A stretch of 64,000 nt of DNA from an uncultured Planctomycetota bacterium. GTDB lineage: Bacteria > Planctomycetota > Planctomycetia > Gemmatales > Gemmataceae. Below, piece by piece: positions 58,485-64,000 of this stretch; within the stretch, counting starts at the first letter, position 1, and each line of letters opens with the position of its first letter. The notes under the pieces were generated by a model. The model saw only the letters and a program-made list of their open reading frames with translations, was not told the DNA's origin and made no database searches. The DNA lies in NCBI GenBank assembly GCA_963849325.1, contig CAWKHF010000012.1:1152001-1216000 (forward strand), read 5' to 3'. The position numbers and the translations under genes are program-made.

Positions 58485-59378
58485 ATGTCCAGCACACAAC
58501 CCCAACCCCTGCTCGAACCGCAGTTCCTCGCCCGGCTCGAACAGCTCGAACTGGTGTCGCGCAAGATTTTCCTCGGCCGCCTCAAGGGCGAGCGGCGCAG
58601 TCGCCGCAAGGGGCAGAGCGTCGAGTTCGCCGACTATCGCAATTACGTCGTCGGCGATGATCTGCGCTTTCTCGACTGGAACCTATACGCCCGCCTCGAC
58701 CGTCTCTTTCTGCGGTTGTTCCAGGAAGAGGAGGACTTACACTTTTACCTTCTGCTGGACAACAGCCTGTCGATGGACTTCGGCACACCGACCAAGCTGC
58801 ACTATGCCAAGCAGGTCGCGGCGACGCTGGGCTTCATTGGCCTGGTCAACCTCAACCGTGTCGTCGTCGAGGCGTTCAACGAGCGGCTGACGCAGTCGAT
58901 GCCGGCCCTGCGCGGCCGGCGCAGTCTGTGGCGGCTGCTCGACTTCCTCGACAAGATCGAGGCAGCCGGGTCGAGCGACCTGACTCGTTCGCTGCGCAGC
59001 TTCAGTCTCCAGTGCAGCGGCAAGGGCGTCGTCGTCGTGCTCAGCGATTTCATGGACAAGGGCGGCTACGAAGAGGCGCTACGCTACCTCATCGCTCGCC
59101 GGATGGACGTGTACGTCATCCAGATTTTGTCGCAGGAAGAGATCGAACCGGAGATCAGCGGCGATTTGCGACTGGTGGATGTCGAGGACGCCGACGTGGC
59201 CGAGATCACCGCCAGCGGCCCCCTGCTGCGGCGCTATCAACAGAACCTCGCCGCCTATCGCGCCGCCCTGCACGACTTCTGCACGCGGCGCGGCGTGACG
59301 TGCCTGTGTACCAGTAACCAGGTGCCGTTCGACCGCCTGGTGCTCACCTACCTGCGGCAGCGCGGCCTAGTGCGCTAA
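58485..59378 (+). CDS. DUF58 family protein (MoxR-associated)
   Basis: GQSVEFADYRNY..GDDLRFLDWN, LLDNSLSM, VLSDF. Confidence 0.93.
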   Translation: MSSTQPQPLLEPQFLARLEQLELVSRKIFLGRLKGERRSRRKGQSVEFADYRNYVVGDDLRFLDWNLYARLDRLFLRLFQEEEDLHFYLLLDNSLSMDFGTPTKLHYAKQVAATLGFIGLVNLNRVVVEAFNERLTQSMPALRGRRSLWRLLDFLDKIEAAGSSDLTRSLRSFSLQCSGKGVVVVLSDFMDKGGYEEALRYLIARRMDVYVIQILSQEEIEPEISGDLRLVDVEDADVAEITASGPLLRRYQQNLAAYRAALHDFCTRRGVTCLCTSNQVPFDRLVLTYLRQRGLVR

Positions 59379-59417
59379 AGTGGCTACTTGCGGCCTAGCG
59401 CCAAGCCGCAAGCGGTC

Positions 59418-60761
59418 CTACTCCACCATGCCGAAAAGGCGCGTGTTGGCTACGGGCTGGCTACCGCGATCAATGGAGATCGAGGCACGGCCGCTCAGAC
59501 TCAGGGTATCGGCGATGATCTGGCCGCCCATGACGTTAGCGCCGCTGCTGCCGGACAGGCTGACTTTGGCGTAGGCGGCGTAAACCGTCCCCGTCACGTT
59601 GATGCTCCCGCTGCCGGTGATGCTGAGTGGCGGGGCGGAGATGGTCGGACTGCCGCGCGCCTGGAAGAGGCTGACGCCCTGGTAGGGTCCACTGGCCGGC
59701 GGGACGAGGGTCAGGTTCGAGCCGCCGGATACGGTGATGCCGCCGCCGCCGCCGCCCAGCCAATTGTTGTAGATCATCACCCCCGCTTCGCCACTGGCCG
59801 TCGTCACCGTGGCGGTGCCTGAGACATTCAGGCCACCCCCCTGCAAGTAATAAATCCCCGGCGTCCCGTCGGCATTGGTGTGCAGGATGACCGTCGTATT
59901 CCCGCCCACACTAATTCCACCATTGTAGACTCCCGGATAGAGGTTCACGGGCGAACCACCGCTCATACTCTGGGTCGTCAGGCCCAGCTGGACCGGATCG
60001 GGAGCGGGCAGGTAGCGAAGGGGATCCGGCATTGGTCCCCCGTAATTCGGCTGCGTCCCGCCACTCTCCAGGAGGAAAGATGACAGCGAGGGCGAGAGTG
60101 TCCCGGCCGCCGAATTGAGGTTGAGGGCCGAGGCCGCCACGCTTGCTTTCCCGGATAGGTTGAAGGCGGAAGGAGAGCTGGAATTCACCTGCAGCCCGCC
60201 ATTGACGAGGAGGCTGGCACTGCCGCTGGCGCTCAGGACGCTAGAGGCAGTGAGGTTCAGAAGCACCACGGTATTGCTGACGGGCGCCCACTGACCGCGG
60301 GCGACGGCGCGGGCGCGGATGGGGATCGTCCCGGAGCCGAAGATGCCGCTGAAGGTGCGACCGGCGTTGTACTGGATGATGATCTCCACGTAACCGCGCG
60401 GCAGCGTTGTGCCGGCGTTGGGACCGCCTTGGTAGCTCTGCGGCGAGACATCGACGGTGACGACGGACTGGGCGCCGTCGTTGCTGAAGCCGTTGGCGGC
60501 GGCGGTGGCCCAGGCGCTGGCGGCGGCGGTGCCCTGGGGATCGAAGCCATTGTTGGCGCCATAGTTGACCAACAGATCGGCGGCGGCGGCCAGGGCGGCG
60601 GCGTCCGCCGCCGCCTGCACGTGTCGCCGCTCTTCCATCAACGTCCCGCCATCGACAACCAGGGCGATCATCCCGATAAAAAGGGCCAGGCTTAACACCG
60701 TCAGCGGCGCCACACTTCCGCGACGTGGGCCAGCCGAACGAGAAATCAGGTGCCGGCGCAT
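59418..60761 (-). CDS. TadG-like pilus assembly protein (paralog 1)
   Basis: RRG + TM, LVVDGG, QAAADAAALAAA, IRARAVA. Confidence 0.85.
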   Translation of the reverse strand: MRRHLISRSAGPRRGSVAPLTVLSLALFIGMIALVVDGGTLMEERRHVQAAADAAALAAAADLLVNYGANNGFDPQGTAAASAWATAAANGFSNDGAQSVVTVDVSPQSYQGGPNAGTTLPRGYVEIIIQYNAGRTFSGIFGSGTIPIRARAVARGQWAPVSNTVVLLNLTASSVLSASGSASLLVNGGLQVNSSSPSAFNLSGKASVAASALNLNSAAGTLSPSLSSFLLESGGTQPNYGGPMPDPLRYLPAPDPVQLGLTTQSMSGGSPVNLYPGVYNGGISVGGNTTVILHTNADGTPGIYYLQGGGLNVSGTATVTTASGEAGVMIYNNWLGGGGGGITVSGGSNLTLVPPASGPYQGVSLFQARGSPTISAPPLSITGSGSINVTGTVYAAYAKVSLSGSSGANVMGGQIIADTLSLSGRASISIDRGSQPVANTRLFGMVE

Positions 60762-60865
60762 GATGAATCTTTCCTCCACCTTCCGACGACATTGTCAGCG
60801 TGGGCGCTCGGCCTCCCGTCAGCCGAGCGAATAACGGCACGAGGGCCGGTAGCGGATCGCGACGG

Positions 60866-62083
60866 TCACTCCACCAGGCCCAGCTCGCGCACGTTGGCGA
60901 GCGGGCCGCCGGTGCCGCCGATGGAGTTGGAGCCGTCCACCACGAGGGTCAGGGTGTCGGAGATGACCTGGCCCACCGTGCCGCCATCGCCGTGGCCGCC
61001 CAGAAAGACGTTGGCATATCCGGCATAAATCGTCCCCGGCAGGTTCACGCTGTTGCCGTCGAGAACGACCTGGGGGACGCCGTTGGTGGACGTGCTCCGC
61101 GCCTGGAAAATGCTGACTCCCTGGTAAGGACCGCTGGCCGGCGGCGTGAGGTTCAGGGTGCCGTTGCCGCCGACGTTGATGCCGTCGTCGCCATCGCCAT
61201 CGCTGTTTAGCCAATTGTTGTAGATCATTACCCCCGCCTCGCCGCTGGCCGTCGTCACCGTGGCGTTGCCCGAGACATTCATGCCGCCGCCCTGCAAGTA
61301 ATAAATCCCCGGCGTGCCGTCGGCATTGGCGTGCAGGATGACCGTCGCATTGCCGTTGATGTTGAGTCCACCGTTGTACACGCCCGGGTACAAGTTAACG
61401 ACATTATTGCCATTGATGCGCTGCCCGTTCTGCGTCGTCAGGCCAAGTTGGGATGGATTGGGAACGGGCAGAAGGCGGAGCGGATCGGGCACCGGAGTAG
61501 CGGAAATGGAGTTGATCCACATGTTGCCGTTGATGTTGGGAATCGTCCTCCAGTTCCCGCTAGGCTGGAAGGTCAGGCTCAGCGCCATGACGGCATAGTT
61601 GACGGGAGCCCACTGGCAACGGGCGACGGCGCGGGCGCGGATCGACAGGGCGCCGGAGCCAAAGACATTACTGAACATTCGGCTGGCGTTGTACTGGATC
61701 AGCACTTCCACGTAGCCGGATGGCAGCGCTTTGCCGACGTTCGGCCCGCCTTGATACGCCTGGGGCGAGACGTTGACCGTGACGAGAGAGGTCGGGCCGT
61801 CGTTGCTGAAGCCGTTGGCCAGGGCGGTGGCGCGGGCGCTGGCGGCGGCGGTGCCCTGCGGATCGGCGCCCTGGTTGGTGCGATAGTTAGCCAACAGGTC
61901 CGCGGCGGCGGCCAGGGCGGCGGCGTCGGCCGCCGCTTGCGCGTGTCGCCGCTCTTCCATCAGGCCGCCGCCATCGACGACCAGGGCGATCACTCCGATC
62001 AAGAGAGCCAGACTCAACACCGTCAGCGGCGCCACGTAACCGCGACGCCGGCCCACGAAACGAGAAGATCGATACGGGCGCAT
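60866..62083 (-). CDS. TadG-like pilus assembly protein (paralog 2)
   Basis: Same motifs as paralog 1. Confidence 0.85.
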   Translation of the reverse strand: MRPYRSSRFVGRRRGYVAPLTVLSLALLIGVIALVVDGGGLMEERRHAQAAADAAALAAAADLLANYRTNQGADPQGTAAASARATALANGFSNDGPTSLVTVNVSPQAYQGGPNVGKALPSGYVEVLIQYNASRMFSNVFGSGALSIRARAVARCQWAPVNYAVMALSLTFQPSGNWRTIPNINGNMWINSISATPVPDPLRLLPVPNPSQLGLTTQNGQRINGNNVVNLYPGVYNGGLNINGNATVILHANADGTPGIYYLQGGGMNVSGNATVTTASGEAGVMIYNNWLNSDGDGDDGINVGGNGTLNLTPPASGPYQGVSIFQARSTSTNGVPQVVLDGNSVNLPGTIYAGYANVFLGGHGDGGTVGQVISDTLTLVVDGSNSIGGTGGPLANVRELGLVE

Positions 62084-62106
62084 GACGAATCTCTCCGGAC
62101 GGAAAG

Positions 62107-62652
62107 TCAGTACGACATCGGCAGCGTGGACGTGCTCTTCAACGCGATCGGTCCCACCAGGTACAGTTCGGGAAACCAGTTATAGGTGACGGTCACGCTC
62201 ACGGTGTTGCCGGTGGGCTGCTCGTAATTCTGGCTGGCGTCCGAGGGCATGTTGCTGCTGTTCCACACGACCTGGCAGCTCAGCTGCGTCGGGTCGAGGG
62301 CGGTGGCATAAGGGAGAACGGCGTTGTTGTAAATGTCCTGGGACGTGGCCGCCGGGTTGCCCGTGTCCAGCTGATACTGCCCGCCATGCACCGAGGCGTA
62401 GCGCGCCCCCTCGCGAGCCAGCATGGCGATCTGCTGGTAGCGGAACACGCCGTAACCGCCCACGACCGTAGCCAGAATGAGGAAAAACAGGACCGGCAGC
62501 ACCACGACAGCTTCGGTCGCGGCGAAACCGTCCCGTCTCTTCAAAGCCCCTAACTTTTTGGGCGAACGGCCGGCGTCAGCCGGCTGGTAGAGGCCGCAAC
62601 CAGCCGGCTGACGCCGGCCGTTCGCCTTTCTGCCTTGGGAGTAATGAATCAT
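62107..62652 (-). CDS. TadE-like pseudopilin
   Basis: G-FAATE prepilin-like site, TM, LAREGARYA. Confidence 0.82.
   Translation of the reverse strand: MIHYSQGRKANGRRQPAGCGLYQPADAGRSPKKLGALKRRDGFAATEAVVVLPVLFFLILATVVGGYGVFRYQQIAMLAREGARYASVHGGQYQLDTGNPAATSQDIYNNAVLPYATALDPTQLSCQVVWNSSNMPSDASQNYEQPTGNTVSVTVTYNWFPELYLVGPIALKSTSTLPMSY
62561..62626. repeat. Palindrome (28-bp arms) within the TadE leader region
   Basis: ggcgaacggccggcgtcagccggctggt / accagccggctgacgccggccgttcgcc. Confidence 0.88.
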
Positions 62653-62664
62653 GGTCTCCTCCTC

Positions 62665-63093
62665 TCAATTCGGCGTCGCCGGAGCGACGCGCATCCGAAC
62701 CGTGCGACTGACGTTGATCGGATTGGGCAGACCGGGGTAATTGCTGATCGTCCAGAACGGATACGCGACGGTCACTTCCACGTAGGCATTGCCGGACGTG
62801 TCGGTGCCGTTGGTCGAAGTCACCGTGGGAAGCGGGTTCAGGCCATTGTTCTGGGCGTCGGCCTGAGCAGCGTAGGTCACGCTCGAATAGGGCGACTCCG
62901 GGGCGGACGTGGGGTCGCTGCCGTACAGGGCGCCGTTACGCGCGCAGTTGGTGACAATGGTATAGCAGAAGTACAGGCGGGCGAAATCGACGGTGATGAG
63001 GAAGAGCAGACCCAGCAGCGGCAGCACCAGGGCCAGCTCCACGGCGGATGCGGCGGAGCGGCGGACACGCCTTGACGGTGGACGGAAGCGCAT
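62665..63093 (-). CDS. TadE-like pseudopilin
   Basis: AASAVELALVLP, VDFAR, ARNGA. Confidence 0.85.
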   Translation of the reverse strand: MRFRPPSRRVRRSAASAVELALVLPLLGLLFLITVDFARLYFCYTIVTNCARNGALYGSDPTSAPESPYSSVTYAAQADAQNNGLNPLPTVTSTNGTDTSGNAYVEVTVAYPFWTISNYPGLPNPINVSRTVRMRVAPATPN

Positions 63094-63204
63094 GAAAACC
63101 TCCTCGGCGACGGGACCGTCTGGGGCCCAGAACATGGGCGCGGTGGGGAGAGAGGGTCGTCTGAAACGTAGGTCGGATTTCCGGGTGAGGCAAACCAAAA
63201 CGCT

Positions 63205-63258
63205 TCCGAGCCGGAAACATTAGCGAAGGGTTTGCTTCGCTTACGCTTTCGGCTCGGA
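63205..63258. repeat. Degenerate REP-like palindrome, same family as 28180
   Basis: tccgagccg..agcgaag / cttcgcttacgctttcggctcgga. Confidence 0.7.
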
Positions 63259-63510
63259 TAAACCGTCTTTCGCATGTCGCATTGGTTTGACTCGCCTCGC
63301 GCCATGACCTAAGAGACTCTTGTCGCTTTCGCAAGTTTCCGTGATGCGAGCGAACAGCGTGAGGTTCGGCCGCCGGCCAAAGAGCCTCACCCGGAATCGT
63401 GCCGTGCAAGGGGGCACGGCGACTCGCCCGGCGCAACGGTGCCCACTCCACAGCGACCGGATACGGAGGACGGCGAACCGAAGGGCCGAGGCTCGGAAAG
63501 AGGACGTCTC

Positions 63511-64000
63511 ATGCACGTCGCGGTGCTCATCCCGAACACGTCGCATCCGCTGGGCCAGCGTCTGCGCGAGATGTTACCGCCCCGACTGAATTGTCCCAGT
63601 CCGACCCTGGTCCCGTTCGAGCAGGCCGAGGAGGTGCTGGCCCGCGGTCGGGTCCACATGCTGCTCGTCGTCCTGTCGCCCGCTGCCGACCTCGCCCTGG
63701 ATCTGCTGCGAAAAGTCCGCGCGCACGTCGCCGGCCCCGTCCTCGCGGTCGGCCTGGCTTCCGATTCCAAGTTGATTCTGCGGGCGCTGCACGAGGGGGC
63801 CGACCACTACCTGGACGAGACGGACCTGGAAACGCAGCTGGACGTGGTCTTGCAGCGCGTGCAGATCCGGGACGAGTCGGCGCGGCCGCCGGCGGGCCAG
63901 CTGATCGGTCTGCTCGGCGCCAGCGGCGGCAGCGGCACGAGCACCTTGGCCACGAACCTGGCCGCCGTGCTGGCCCGCGAGGCCGGACGCTGCGCCCTGG
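63511..64000 (+). CDS. CpaE/TadZ-like receiver + MinD-type ATPase (partial, frameshifted)
   Basis: ILRALHEGADHYL pseudo-receiver; GASGGSGTSTLATNLA deviant Walker A; adjacent to Tad genes. Confidence 0.8.
   Translation, partial: MHVAVLIPNTSHPLGQRLREMLPPRLNCPSPTLVPFEQAEEVLARGRVHMLLVVLSPAADLALDLLRKVRAHVAGPVLAVGLASDSKLILRALHEGADHYLDETDLETQLDVVLQRVQIRDESARPPAGQLIGLLGASGGSGTSTLATNLAAVLAREAGRCAL

Noticed and set aside
63260-63500. Possible c-di-GMP riboswitch between the Tad genes
   Set aside because: Hairpins are present but I cannot match the conserved GEMM motif by eye; an Infernal scan is needed

Overview
GC-rich chromosomal window, most likely from a Planctomycetota (Gemmataceae-like) bacterium. 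This is inferred from two 'LE(D/P)R-xLL' planctomycete export motifs, prenyltransferase/squalene-oxidase-repeat proteins, a Uma2 endonuclease and the style of the palindromic repeats. Many recognisable genes are broken by single-base indels, which look like sequencing or assembly error, so several CDS coordinates join frameshifted fragments. Core content: clpS, a sugar-phosphate isomerase, a beta-propeller/di-heme cytochrome c protein, the complex I membrane arm nuoH-J-K-L-M-N (no nuoI), tatD, xdhC plus a MocA-like gene, AsmA-like and LptF/G genes, a CNNM/hemolysin gene, a 1481-aa Gly-rich secreted protein with a TPR-sulfotransferase, rluA-DUF4392-DUF1445, a Ni/Co transporter, an orphan groES, a vWA/MoxR/DUF58 cluster and Tad pilus genes. 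Most notable: (1) an integrase-less integron cassette array (two attC sites with matching core sites) between tatD and xdhC, with a 20-21 bp repeat array and a putative promoter upstream; (2) a divergent ExbB/ExbD/ExbD-like motor operon in which one ExbD-like subunit lacks the conserved TM Asp and carries an elastin-like Gly/Pro tether; (3) several palindromic repeat families, some lying in frame inside proteins or supplying a signal peptide. No rRNA, tRNA or CRISPR array was seen.
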